From positions 4,615,104 to 4,679,103 of the forward strand of contig OY761460.1 in assembly GCA_963664565.1 (NCBI GenBank): a stretch of DNA of 64,000 bases, given 5' to 3'. Every line of letters begins with the position of its first letter. The first letter of the stretch is position 1. Origin of the DNA: Prolixibacteraceae bacterium (GTDB taxonomy: Bacteria; Bacteroidota; Bacteroidia; Bacteroidales; Prolixibacteraceae). Shown in pieces: positions 1-8,371 of the stretch. The notes below the pieces were generated by a model. That model searched no databases and was not told where the DNA came from. It worked only from the letters and a program-made list of their open reading frames with translations. A program made the position numbers and the translations under genes.

Positions 1-291
1 CTGCGCTAAATGGGTATCTTCGAGTTGGATGACTGCCTTCATTTCCAGCATTATCTTTTCCTCAATAAAAAAGTCAACCCGTCGGGTTCCAATATCATAT
101 CCCTTGTATGTCAACGGCATTTCTTTTTCCCGTTCAAAAAAGATTCCCTGAAGTTCTAATTCAATAGCCAAAGCCCGTTGGTAAACTACTTCCTGAAACC
201 CATTACCCAGATGCCGGTGCACCTCCATGGCAGCGCCGATCACTTTACCCGTCAATTCCTGATATTTGTATTTGTCAATCATAGTACTCAT
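1..291 (-). CDS. GxxExxY protein (PD-(D/E)XK-like), truncated by window edge
   Basis: Manual translation of the minus strand from ATG at 291: MSTMIDKYKYQELTGKVIGAAMEVHRHLGNGFQEVVYQRALAIEL...RRVDFFIEEKIMLEMKAV. GFQEVVY is the GxxExxY motif. Absent from the ORF track because it runs off the edge. Confidence 0.9.
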   Translation of the reverse strand, partial: MSTMIDKYKYQELTGKVIGAAMEVHRHLGNGFQEVVYQRALAIELELQGIFFEREKEMPLTYKGYDIGTRRVDFFIEEKIMLEMKAVIQLEDTHLAQ

Positions 292-311
292 TAAATCAGT
301 TTAATCATAGT

Positions 312-818
312 TCAGACTTCTTCAGCATAGCAAAAATCGAAGTAGCTACAGTTTTTGCAGTGCGATTTAGGTATTCGTTCCGGGCAATGTTCCTGGTGGA
401 TGATCATCTCGATGTTGGCGATCATTTCCCCGATGGCCTCACGGTCGGGCGTGGTGAGCAGTACCTCGTCGGTTTTATGCAGTTTCGGATATTCAAGCAG
501 TCCGGTAGCACCTTCCACACCGTTTTGTTCGAGCACATAGAGGTAGTATTTCACCTGCCATTCGTGGGCTTCCTCGTGTTTGTCCGACTTCTTGATTTCG
601 TGCACCACCTTATTTCGCGGATCGTAATAGTCTATTTTGATGCCATCGATCTCAATTTCCTGGTATTTATCAGATCGGCGAGGGTAGGAGGTTTCGTGCA
701 GCAACTTGCCCTCGTAAACCAAGTCGGAGGTGTTTTCCATGCTGATACCATTGGCAAACAACCACAATTTTCGGTGGCATATCAGGTAATAGTTGAAATG
801 TGTTCCGGTGGTTAGCAT
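312..818 (-). CDS. cas4: CRISPR-associated exonuclease Cas4
   Basis: TGTHFNYYLICHRKLWL, KIDYYD, HEIKKS, QVKYYLY and C-terminal CPERIPKSHCKNCSYFDFC (4-Cys Fe-S pattern). Start taken at the ATG at 818 rather than the ORF-track 851. Confidence 0.93.
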   Translation of the reverse strand: MLTTGTHFNYYLICHRKLWLFANGISMENTSDLVYEGKLLHETSYPRRSDKYQEIEIDGIKIDYYDPRNKVVHEIKKSDKHEEAHEWQVKYYLYVLEQNGVEGATGLLEYPKLHKTDEVLLTTPDREAIGEMIANIEMIIHQEHCPERIPKSHCKNCSYFDFCYAEEV

Positions 819-846
819 AGGTTGAGATATTAGAACGTTTTTTGAT

Positions 847-1030
847 GACACAATTACAAAATTGACAGAATAGATTTATCATTTTGCTATTGTGTAATTT
901 CGACAAAATTCCCTGAATTTACAAAATTGGTTTTTATTCTGATCATTCTGTTATTCTGTCTGTTATGTTTATTTTTTTATAGATTAATAGAATAGATTTT
1001 TCGTTTTACCCATTGTGTAATTTTGTCAAG
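847..1030. repeat. AT-rich imperfect palindromic repeat units downstream of the GxxExxY gene
   Basis: 912-970 (cctgaatttacaaaattggtttttattctgatcattctgttattctgtctgttatgttt) is nearly identical to 1455-1514; degenerate acagaat...attctgt units flank it. Confidence 0.75.
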
Positions 1031-1042
1031 ATTTATGAATTG

Positions 1043-1417
1043 TTAGTTTGATCTATATTCTCTGAACTTTCGTTTTACCTGAACTGAACTTCCAAAATTG
1101 ATCAGTAGCCCAATGTCAATGTTTGTTGCTGTCAGGTAATTGACCAATTGTGCCTCATGCTTGGGGTGCAGGTTTTCTACAGCTTTTAGCTCAATAATAA
1201 TATTTTCATCAATAAGCAGATCGGCATAAAAATCGCCAACAATTTCACCATCATAATAAACCGGAATTGGGAATTGTTGCTCTACTGCAAAGCCATGTTT
1301 CTTTAGTTCAATCCTAAGCGCATTTTCATACACCTTTTCGAGATACCCACTACCCAAAGTATTGTGCACTTTATAAGCACAACCAATTATTACATCAGTT
1401 CCATCGTTAAATTCCAT
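1043..1417 (-). CDS. GxxExxY protein
   Basis: IIGCAYKVHNTLGSGYLEKVYENAL, YADLLIDENIIIELKAVE, QLVNYL, GLLINFG. Confidence 0.92.
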   Translation of the reverse strand: MEFNDGTDVIIGCAYKVHNTLGSGYLEKVYENALRIELKKHGFAVEQQFPIPVYYDGEIVGDFYADLLIDENIIIELKAVENLHPKHEAQLVNYLTATNIDIGLLINFGSSVQVKRKFREYRSN

Positions 1418-1444
1418 AGTTAATATGTTTTAATACTAATATTC

Positions 1445-1715
1445 TACTGAATCACCTGAATTTACAAAATTGGTTTTTTATTCTGATCATTCTGTAATTC
1501 TGTCTGTTATGTTTCTTTTTTACAGAATTTACAGAATAGATTTTTTCATTTTGTACATTCTGTAATTCTGTCTGTTAGATTTTTTTTTGACAGAATTAAC
1601 TGAATTTACAGAATTAGTTTTTCATTTTGTACATTCTGTAATTCCGTCTGTTATGTTTCTTTTTTACAGAATTTACAGAATTGGCTTTCATTCTGTCTAT
1701 CCAGCCATTCCGTCT
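1445..1715. repeat. Tandem array of about four 65-75 bp palindromic units (acagaatttacagaat...attctgtaattctgtc)
   Basis: Units start near 1455, 1521, 1589 and 1665; each has acagaat arms inverted relative to attctgt arms. Confidence 0.8.
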
Positions 1716-2301
1716 ATAAACTGTTCTTTTCGAGTTGCCACGATAATTCGTCCCAAACCAATTCTTCCAGCTTTTGCTGTTTGTAGGCAAACCATTCCTT
1801 GCGGTAGGGCGAACCCTCGACTTGGTATTTGAAATTGGCAAACGGGTGGCGATTGTTCAGTGAGTTGACCAGTTGATTCTGCAGTTTTTTGTCGTCAACA
1901 TGGTCAACAAAACCTTCCATGATACGAAACGACTCACGCGATTCGCGTGGCTCAACCGTGATGCACTTTTCCCATTTTCGGTGGTTAATAGGTACCATCC
2001 CGTCCTCGTCGTTTTCTTCCTCGTCGTCTTCATCCAGGCCTAAACCTTCGTCCAACAACGATTTGGGGATATCCTCAATTTCGAGCGTATCGGGGTTGAC
2101 GAAGCACACCATTCCGCAGTCGATGCTTTCGGCAACATCGTGTACCAGTTTGCGGTATTTTTCGGGGATTATCACTTCATCATCGGGTTCTTCGTAAATT
2201 TCGTTAAGCAGGAAGTTGAGTATCTGCTGTAGTTTTTCTTCGTCCTCCTTCACCGAGTGAAGGATCGGTAGGATTTGGTTGAGTAATTCGTTGGTATTCA
2301 T
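1714..2301 (-). CDS. UPF0158-like acidic protein
   Basis: VAESIDCGMVCFVNPDTLE...ESFRIMEGFVDHV...LNNRHPFANFK...RKEWFAYK resembles the UPF0158 family. Confidence 0.7.
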   Translation of the reverse strand: MNTNELLNQILPILHSVKEDEEKLQQILNFLLNEIYEEPDDEVIIPEKYRKLVHDVAESIDCGMVCFVNPDTLEIEDIPKSLLDEGLGLDEDDEEENDEDGMVPINHRKWEKCITVEPRESRESFRIMEGFVDHVDDKKLQNQLVNSLNNRHPFANFKYQVEGSPYRKEWFAYKQQKLEELVWDELSWQLEKNSL

Positions 2302-2307
2302 TTTGTA

Positions 2308-2826
2308 TTAATTGAAATATTCATCAAAGAGGCTGCTTATTTCGTCGGCAAAGCCATAACCGCACGGTTCGGCGTATTTCACACAATCCTGGCAGCGAAG
2401 CCTGAACAGTTCGAGCAATCTGTTCTTTTTCAGAAATTTCAGGGCCAATTCGTAATTGGTTGTTGTACTGGTGTAATATTGTTCCCACATATCGCCAAAT
2501 TCAAATGTGAACTTGCAGGCCAACTCGGGGAGGGTAACCATCAAGTCGGCCAGTAATTCGGGCGATGGGTTCAAACCTCGGAAATCGGCAATTGCTTTTT
2601 TCGCCACCGAGAACCGAGTTTTAGGGTCAACGTACTTTCCTTTGGGGTAAAACTCGTTGGTAATTATAGCTTTATATTTCTCGAACTGTCCTTTTTCATC
2701 GGGATTAAGAGAATACTCGAAATACTCCTTAGCTGGTTTGCACGTATCGTACAGTTGGAGTATCTGCTCAATAATTTGCTCTTTAGTAAACGATTGCAAG
2801 TGTTTTTTTAAATCAGTTTTTGACAT
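2308..2826 (-). CDS. Conserved hypothetical protein (DUF6155-like)
   Basis: MSKTDLKKHLQSFTKEQIIEQILQLY...EFGDMWEQYYTS...GYGFADEI; recognised by resemblance only. Confidence 0.6.
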   Translation of the reverse strand: MSKTDLKKHLQSFTKEQIIEQILQLYDTCKPAKEYFEYSLNPDEKGQFEKYKAIITNEFYPKGKYVDPKTRFSVAKKAIADFRGLNPSPELLADLMVTLPELACKFTFEFGDMWEQYYTSTTTNYELALKFLKKNRLLELFRLRCQDCVKYAEPCGYGFADEISSLFDEYFN

Positions 2827-2848
2827 AATATTTGTTCGTTCGTTTTAT

Positions 2849-2880
2849 AAACCCTCAAGGTTTTCGAAACCTTGGGGTTT
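2849..2880. repeat. REP hairpin copy 1
   Basis: aaaccctcaaggttttcgaaaccttggggttt, just downstream of the cas7 stop. Confidence 0.85.
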
Positions 2881-2888
2881 TGGGGGTA

Positions 2889-3938
2889 TTAAATCTGATT
2901 TTCGTAATCGAAAGCCAACATCAAGTCGATGAGCTTTTGTTCTGCTTGTTCAATTGCATCAGCACTTTCGTTCACTGTTACTATATAGTTCGAACAAGGA
3001 AGAGTTACAAAAACATCAGCTCCTGCGGTTTCGTCAATGATGGGTTTAGCCTTGGGTTTTTCGCCATCTTCGATCAATTTTGCACGGATAGCACCAGCCA
3101 ATTTATTGGCATTGTCGCTTATTGCTATGGCCAATGTTTCCATCAGACTAAAGGTACGAGCTTGGTTTGAAGTGATACGCCAATTCAGCAAAGCACCTGC
3201 CAAGGCCGGTATTACTTTTTCCCGTTCTTCTTTTGGCAGAACCAAACATTTACCGAACACATTTTCACTTTCGACCCAACCTTTTGATTTTAAGTCTTCA
3301 ATTCTTTCCTTTGATAATTCGGGTTCATGCTGATTTACTGAAACACAAAATAAAGTACGGAGGTCAATTGCTACATCATAAACAAACAAACCACCTGTTC
3401 TTACATTGTCAGGAATCCAGTTTCTACGAGGAAGTGTCCGGTTGTTTGTTGTTAAGAATTCGTCAATTTCGTCATCCGTCAATAGTTTATCTCCTAATCT
3501 GACATTAACCGGATGGCGATCAGGTTTATCGCTTCGATCAAAAGTTAGGTTCTCTTTATCAGTTCCGGCAAGAAGCGGGTGTATAGGGCGCATTGCAGAT
3601 ATCGATAACGGACTTCTTCGTTTTACAGTAACCCCATCACCAGCACGCATCCATCCACCAAGTAATTGGTCAATATAAGTCGGATCGCAGGGAGACCACG
3701 GCTCTTTGTTTTCCAATTCTTTTTTAGCATTGACATTGTAATTAAATGTTATTGGGGCCATTTGAACATTTAGATTGGAAGTCATAGCATCTAATATTGA
3801 TCTCTTTACTTGTTGCCCGCTAGAATAAGCTACAACACGATTAAACTGTGGGTCAAAATAGGTTTTTTGACCATCTTGTACACAAAATACAGTATGTTCG
3901 GCGTGTTTCAACGCTCTTAAATAAATGTAAGGATTCAT
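2889..3938 (-). CDS. cas7: Cas7 backbone subunit (divergent type I)
   Basis: 349 aa; YSSGQQVKRSI, DQLLGGWM and RRSPLSIS resemble Cas7 motifs; lies directly downstream of the large subunit. Confidence 0.75.
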   Translation of the reverse strand: MNPYIYLRALKHAEHTVFCVQDGQKTYFDPQFNRVVAYSSGQQVKRSILDAMTSNLNVQMAPITFNYNVNAKKELENKEPWSPCDPTYIDQLLGGWMRAGDGVTVKRRSPLSISAMRPIHPLLAGTDKENLTFDRSDKPDRHPVNVRLGDKLLTDDEIDEFLTTNNRTLPRRNWIPDNVRTGGLFVYDVAIDLRTLFCVSVNQHEPELSKERIEDLKSKGWVESENVFGKCLVLPKEEREKVIPALAGALLNWRITSNQARTFSLMETLAIAISDNANKLAGAIRAKLIEDGEKPKAKPIIDETAGADVFVTLPCSNYIVTVNESADAIEQAEQKLIDLMLAFDYENQI

Positions 3939-3949
3939 AATTTCTGGTT

Positions 3950-5239
3950 TTAAGATTTTTTATTTTCTATTGCGTATTGAAAGCGGATGAGGGTTAGGAA
4001 ATAAGGAACATTGTCAATGGGCATAACATTGATTAGCTCCGCTATTTCTGCCAGTTGTTCAACGTTTTGACTTCCTTTTACGATGGTCGTCAAGCCATCA
4101 ATGAACTGTTTTTTGTTTACTGAAGCCAATAGATTTGTAACTTCTTGGCTCTTTACCTTTTTTGCATTGGTGTCACTAATTGAGTGACTGTTGAGGGTTT
4201 TCGCAATCTGTTGCGCTTTTTCCCATAATTGTTCGTTGTTTAACATTGCTAATAGCCAGATTTGATATGTATTAAAATTAATAGTTTTCTCTTCGTCATT
4301 TTCGTTGTATTTTGGAATAACCCCTTTGTCCAGGCAGTCTCTAAATCCTTTTGGTTCCAAGGCATTTACTCCAATAGCACCCATTTGGCAAGCTTTTGTA
4401 AATCCGAAGGCTGTACCAAAAAACTGTTCTACTTGTTCAATCTTGGTGGTACCGAAGTATTTTGAATATAATTCATACGGTTGCCTGATACGTGGTAGTT
4501 CAAAAGGAACAAATCCAACAGTAATATTGGTTTGCCCTAAACTATAGATATAAGCTGTTAAGGTTGATTCAGGATAATTGCGGGCAATGCCAACCAATAC
4601 TTTTGTCCACGATTGCGTTGTCGCCTCCAACCCTCCATCTTTCATTGAACCAAAAGGATTAAATGCGGCGGTGGGGTTTGATTTATCATAGGTATTCTTA
4701 TTGTATCGGTGTGCAATCCACTGACCGTTCCAAGTGTTGATTTGGTTTCCTCTCAGGTTAGGCGTTTTATTTAAAAACTCCCGGTAAAGTTGCCAACCAT
4801 CGTATAAATCCAACAGTATCTGTTTGTTGCTGAACAAAAGAGACAATCCGCTTTGCACCCCAATGCCAAAGCCACTGCCAATCCAAGATAGATAAACATC
4901 GTCTTCTTTAAGAGGTAAACTTATGCTAGTTATCTGCCCAGAGGTGCTTGCAATTAAATCAAGAGATGGAAATCCAATGGCAATGCTGGCATCGGCTTCG
5001 TTTTTGGATATTTTATCAACCAGTACTTCTAGTTTTACTTTGCGCTCTGCAATTGTGGGTGCAATCCCTTTTTTAATGCCTTGAACAAAAGGCGAATTTG
5101 TTACCCATTGCATGTACTTTTCATGGTCGAAAAACAGGGTGAAATATTTCTCCACAAAGAATGTCTTTGCCGAGTAGTTGCACTTATACTTTTCATTATA
5201 AGCATCAAGAAAGATTTTTCCAATATTTGCTGCTATCAT
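3950..5239 (-). CDS. cas8: Probable Cas8 large subunit (divergent)
   Basis: About 429 aa from the ATG at 5239, between cas3 and cas7, with a helical C-terminus. Assigned mainly by position and size. Confidence 0.6.
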   Translation of the reverse strand: MIAANIGKIFLDAYNEKYKCNYSAKTFFVEKYFTLFFDHEKYMQWVTNSPFVQGIKKGIAPTIAERKVKLEVLVDKISKNEADASIAIGFPSLDLIASTSGQITSISLPLKEDDVYLSWIGSGFGIGVQSGLSLLFSNKQILLDLYDGWQLYREFLNKTPNLRGNQINTWNGQWIAHRYNKNTYDKSNPTAAFNPFGSMKDGGLEATTQSWTKVLVGIARNYPESTLTAYIYSLGQTNITVGFVPFELPRIRQPYELYSKYFGTTKIEQVEQFFGTAFGFTKACQMGAIGVNALEPKGFRDCLDKGVIPKYNENDEEKTINFNTYQIWLLAMLNNEQLWEKAQQIAKTLNSHSISDTNAKKVKSQEVTNLLASVNKKQFIDGLTTIVKGSQNVEQLAEIAELINVMPIDNVPYFLTLIRFQYAIENKKS

Positions 5240-5249
5240 GGTTTGTGTT

Positions 5250-7394
5250 TTATAAGAATCGTTGAGTAACATCAGTAAACTCTGGTTTTGCAAATTCAAT
5301 CAGAAAGCCTAGTTCGGGATCGTAAGCTTTTGACGGAATGATGAAAGGATGTGAACCCGCAGTTGATTTATCCAACTTGTTATAGGCCACAGACCGATAC
5401 GAAACCGGGATTTCTAATTTTGCCTGTTCCGGATAGTTGGCTGTTTCGTAGAATTCCCTGTCGCTTTCTTCAATACAGGTGACAGAGTCAATATCAAGGG
5501 TTTCCAATAACGCGGACTTCGGATTGTGCCAAAGCTCTTTGATCCTCCATTTCCCGTCTTTGAAAACCGAACTCAAATCAATATCCACAAATTCAATGGA
5601 TGGATAAACCCGGTCAATCAAGTCCTGAGAATTTTTCTCTTTCAATAACTCACCATTTGGCAAGGCTTCGTATGTGCGTTTAAGTACGTCCAGTCCATAA
5701 GGTAAAGCATCTGCTTTTTCTGTTGGTGGATTAAGCACATAAATGGGTTTGTAATGCCCGATTGTATCCTTGGTTCTTTTCCGGTTTATCCGTCCGAATC
5801 GCTGAATTAGTGCGTCAATAGGTGCACATTCGGTTATCATCAGGTCGAAACTAATGTCCAGACTAACTTCGACAACTTGAGTGGAAACAACCAGACATGC
5901 CTCTGAACTCTTGTTATAGATATTTCTCAGGTCATTTTCAAGCTGGCTACGCTTTCCTCTTTTAAATCGACTATGAACCAACATCTTGGACACATCAGGA
6001 TAATTTTTGGTCAGACTTTCATACAATTTTTGTGTTCGTTTTACCTGATTACACACCAGTAAAATCTTTTGCTTTTGTTCAATGGCATCATCGATTATGT
6101 TTTTCAACGATTCAATCGAATCGGCTTTATGAATGATGTGCCTGTCGAATGTATTTAAGACATCATCGGGCAGACTTACCTCGTAAACATTCCCTTTTCC
6201 GCCCAGAATTTCAATCAGCCGATTGTATAAAACGGTTGGCATAGTGGCCGTTCCAACATGCACCCTACAACCAATATTGCAAAGGATTTCAACGATTTTC
6301 AACACAATTGCTTGCATGGTTTCCGAATAGGTATGAATCTCGTCTAAAATAACATCGCAGCCTTTTATATCTGCAATCATTGCTTCGTAGCCTTTGGTAG
6401 CAAATGCAAGCGAAGCCAATTGATGAGGAGTAAGGACTTTTACAGAAGCTCCGATATGCCGTTGCAAAATCTTCTCTTCGATCTTTCCATTTTCCAAACG
6501 AATGCTTGAAGCGGCATGAAGCAACCGGACATCGGCATTGGTCTCTTTCAAGTCCTCTTTTATGCGCTCATACATGGCATTGATGGATGCCTGAAAAGGA
6601 AGCGTATAAAATACCCGGCCTTTGCATCGGCGGATCAGGAAATCAGTTTTTCCTGCGCCAGTCGGGGCTGTTACCAGCGTATGCAATCGTTCATCATCAA
6701 CAGGAAGTAATGACAGCGGGTATAATTCGCTTTTACGGGAATGGTAATAACTCAGATCAGGTTGGATGTACAATCGCTTTAAAAGTGTATCTGAATATCC
6801 TTCCATTACAGAAGCCAAATGGTCGGCGGCTATCAAAACACCTTTCCATTGAGAGTAGCCGTATCTTTTTGATTCGCAATAATCCACAACTTCCCAAAAG
6901 TTAGCTTCCGCCTGTTGAGGTGTAATTGGTGCGGTTTCAAATCCAAGTAGCGATAGAATTGATAGAGCATCTTCACTCCATATTTCAAAATCCTTCAAAT
7001 GCCGGGAAAGACAATCTGGGTCATTCTCCATTATATCAAGTATTCCTTTTCCTCCGGCATCCTGATAGATTGATTTGTGGTGTGCAACAATCATGTCGAT
7101 TACCGGATGTTTTTCTTGCCCATTTAGCAATGAAATGAAAAACAAGGATGCTATCTCGTGGCGAAAGACAAATCCTGGAGGACGGTGAAAATTCTTGCTT
7201 AAAGTTTGTTGAAAAAGCGGGCTTGTTTTGCCTATGTCGTGTAAAATAGCGCCCCTTCTTGCGATTGGAGCATCTAGCCCAAGATTCAGTGCAACAATTT
7301 CGGCAAGTTTGGCAACTTCCGTTAAATGCTGTGTCAGCGGTGTTTTCCCATACTGATCGCCTTTGGCTAATATGTGGTCGAAATTATTCATCAC
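5250..7394 (-). CDS. cas3: Cas3 HD nuclease-helicase
   Basis: HD domain (HLTEV, LHDIGK, RHE, AHHK, AADH) plus SF2 helicase motifs APTGAGKT, DEIH, TAT, STQVVEVSLDI, QRFGRINR. Confidence 0.96.
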   Translation of the reverse strand: MMNNFDHILAKGDQYGKTPLTQHLTEVAKLAEIVALNLGLDAPIARRGAILHDIGKTSPLFQQTLSKNFHRPPGFVFRHEIASLFFISLLNGQEKHPVIDMIVAHHKSIYQDAGGKGILDIMENDPDCLSRHLKDFEIWSEDALSILSLLGFETAPITPQQAEANFWEVVDYCESKRYGYSQWKGVLIAADHLASVMEGYSDTLLKRLYIQPDLSYYHSRKSELYPLSLLPVDDERLHTLVTAPTGAGKTDFLIRRCKGRVFYTLPFQASINAMYERIKEDLKETNADVRLLHAASSIRLENGKIEEKILQRHIGASVKVLTPHQLASLAFATKGYEAMIADIKGCDVILDEIHTYSETMQAIVLKIVEILCNIGCRVHVGTATMPTVLYNRLIEILGGKGNVYEVSLPDDVLNTFDRHIIHKADSIESLKNIIDDAIEQKQKILLVCNQVKRTQKLYESLTKNYPDVSKMLVHSRFKRGKRSQLENDLRNIYNKSSEACLVVSTQVVEVSLDISFDLMITECAPIDALIQRFGRINRKRTKDTIGHYKPIYVLNPPTEKADALPYGLDVLKRTYEALPNGELLKEKNSQDLIDRVYPSIEFVDIDLSSVFKDGKWRIKELWHNPKSALLETLDIDSVTCIEESDREFYETANYPEQAKLEIPVSYRSVAYNKLDKSTAGSHPFIIPSKAYDPELGFLIEFAKPEFTDVTQRFL

Positions 7395-7936
7395 ATGCCA
7401 ATTACAGGTTTCCCTGTGATTTCAAGCCAGCCATACATAGGTTTGGTTTTATCAAAGCGATTGAAGCCTACCAAAAAAGATTTCTCGTTTTCACCAAAGC
7501 GAAGTTCGAAACCAGTCAGGTTATCAAATTCAGATTTCTCCATTTCCAAAACGTCAGTATCCGGGAGCAGAACATCCTCGTTTCGGCACAAACAAACGTG
7601 CTGTTTTGCACCCTTTTCGGCATCTTCTGTGGTTTCAAAAGCCAAATAAAGAATAGGATCGATCATCACCCCACGTTCCAGAATCGATTGATTGCGAACC
7701 ATCATCTTTAACTGTGTTTTCTTTTCCCAGCCGCGGGTTTGCGTTTGCTCTTGTTGCACACTGATCGAAGAATAAGATAGTTTGTGCCGAACAATTGAGC
7801 TAACCTCTAACTTTTGCCTTATTCCCTCAATAATTGAAGGAGTGAGGAACTGTTGACTGAAAGTTTTACTGTCTCTTACTGCGGTCCAGGGCTTTATAAA
7901 CCCAAATGGACCTGAATATTTTACGACGTAATACAT
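7391..7936 (-). CDS. cas5: Probable Cas5 (divergent, short)
   Basis: N-terminal YVVKYSGPFGFIKPW...LTPSIIEGI fits the Cas5 RAMP start; its stop overlaps the cas3 start. Confidence 0.65.
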   Translation of the reverse strand: MYYVVKYSGPFGFIKPWTAVRDSKTFSQQFLTPSIIEGIRQKLEVSSIVRHKLSYSSISVQQEQTQTRGWEKKTQLKMMVRNQSILERGVMIDPILYLAFETTEDAEKGAKQHVCLCRNEDVLLPDTDVLEMEKSEFDNLTGFELRFGENEKSFLVGFNRFDKTKPMYGWLEITGKPVIGM

Positions 7937-8166
7937 ATTTGTTCTTTTAATGTTATTTCTGCGATTAGATTAATCCATTTAGAGTAGAGATCTTCATCTT
8001 CGGTCAAGATATAGTCGCCCCAATATGATGGATTATTGATCTCTACACATTTTCTAAATTCTGAGATGTTGGAGAATTCATTTTCAATTTTCCAGACGAT
8101 ATATCGTTTACTATCTTCTAAATCAAGTAAAAAACCTTCTTCTGTTCTAATTTTAATCATGATCAT
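7921..8166 (-). CDS. Small AT-rich orphan protein (~79-81 aa), first gene of the cas5 operon; candidate toxin
   Basis: Open frame with ATG at 8166 or 8160 (MIMIKIRTEEGFLLDLEDSKRYIVWK...); 3' end overlaps the cas5 start by 16 nt; preceded by a TAnnTTTG box. Confidence 0.55.
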   Translation of the reverse strand: MIMIKIRTEEGFLLDLEDSKRYIVWKIENEFSNISEFRKCVEINNPSYWGDYILTEDEDLYSKWINLIAEITLKEQICITS

Positions 8167-8184
8167 GAATTTATATTTGAATGA

Positions 8185-8224
8185 CAAATATAAAAAATAA
8201 CCATTAGAATAGAATTATCAATTA
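8185..8224 (-). promoter_or_regulatory. Promoter of the orphan-cas5-cas3-cas8-cas7 operon, containing the putative crRNA-like target and CCA PAM
   Basis: Minus-strand TATATTTG (8192-8185) fits the Bacteroidota -7 consensus TAnnTTTG. On the plus strand, CCA (8201-8203) is followed by ttagaatagaattatcaatta (8204-8224), which matches the nearby spacer. Confidence 0.7.
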
Positions 8225-8274
8225 AAAAAATAATTTATCTCTGGTTTATCCATTTCTTTGTATCTTTAAGCCTT

Positions 8275-8371
8275 CAAAAAATCGTACCATATTGGAATTG
8301 AAATTTAGATTAGAAATCTCAATTATGTAGAGATGTTGGTGTGGAGGGACGAAATCCCCCACACCTTTTTT
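8275..8371 (+). ncRNA. Solitary repeat-spacer unit (crRNA-like RNA, CreR/CreA-like)
   Basis: Repeat CAAAAAATCGTACCATATTGGAATTGAAAT (8275-8304) ends in the type I-B-like handle ATTGAAAT. Spacer 8305-8337, then hairpin plus T6. A TATCTTTA -7-like box lies at 8261-8268. Confidence 0.75.
8338..8371 (+). terminator. Intrinsic terminator of the crRNA-like unit
   Basis: ggtgtgg-a-ggga-cgaaa-tccc-ccacacc followed by tttttt on the plus strand only. Confidence 0.8.

Noticed and set aside
1445-1715. Tandem repeats near cas4 as a CRISPR array
   Set aside because: Units are degenerate, variable in length, low complexity, lack unique spacers and lack the ATTGAAA(C/T) end.
1587-1841. Short ORFs MTELTEFTEL... 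and MPISNTK...
   Set aside because: Artefacts of the repeat array and overlap with the UPF0158-like gene.
8338-8371. Hairpin as simply the cas6A terminator
   Set aside because: The U-tract is on the plus strand, the wrong orientation for cas6A; it fits the antisense crRNA-like transcript.
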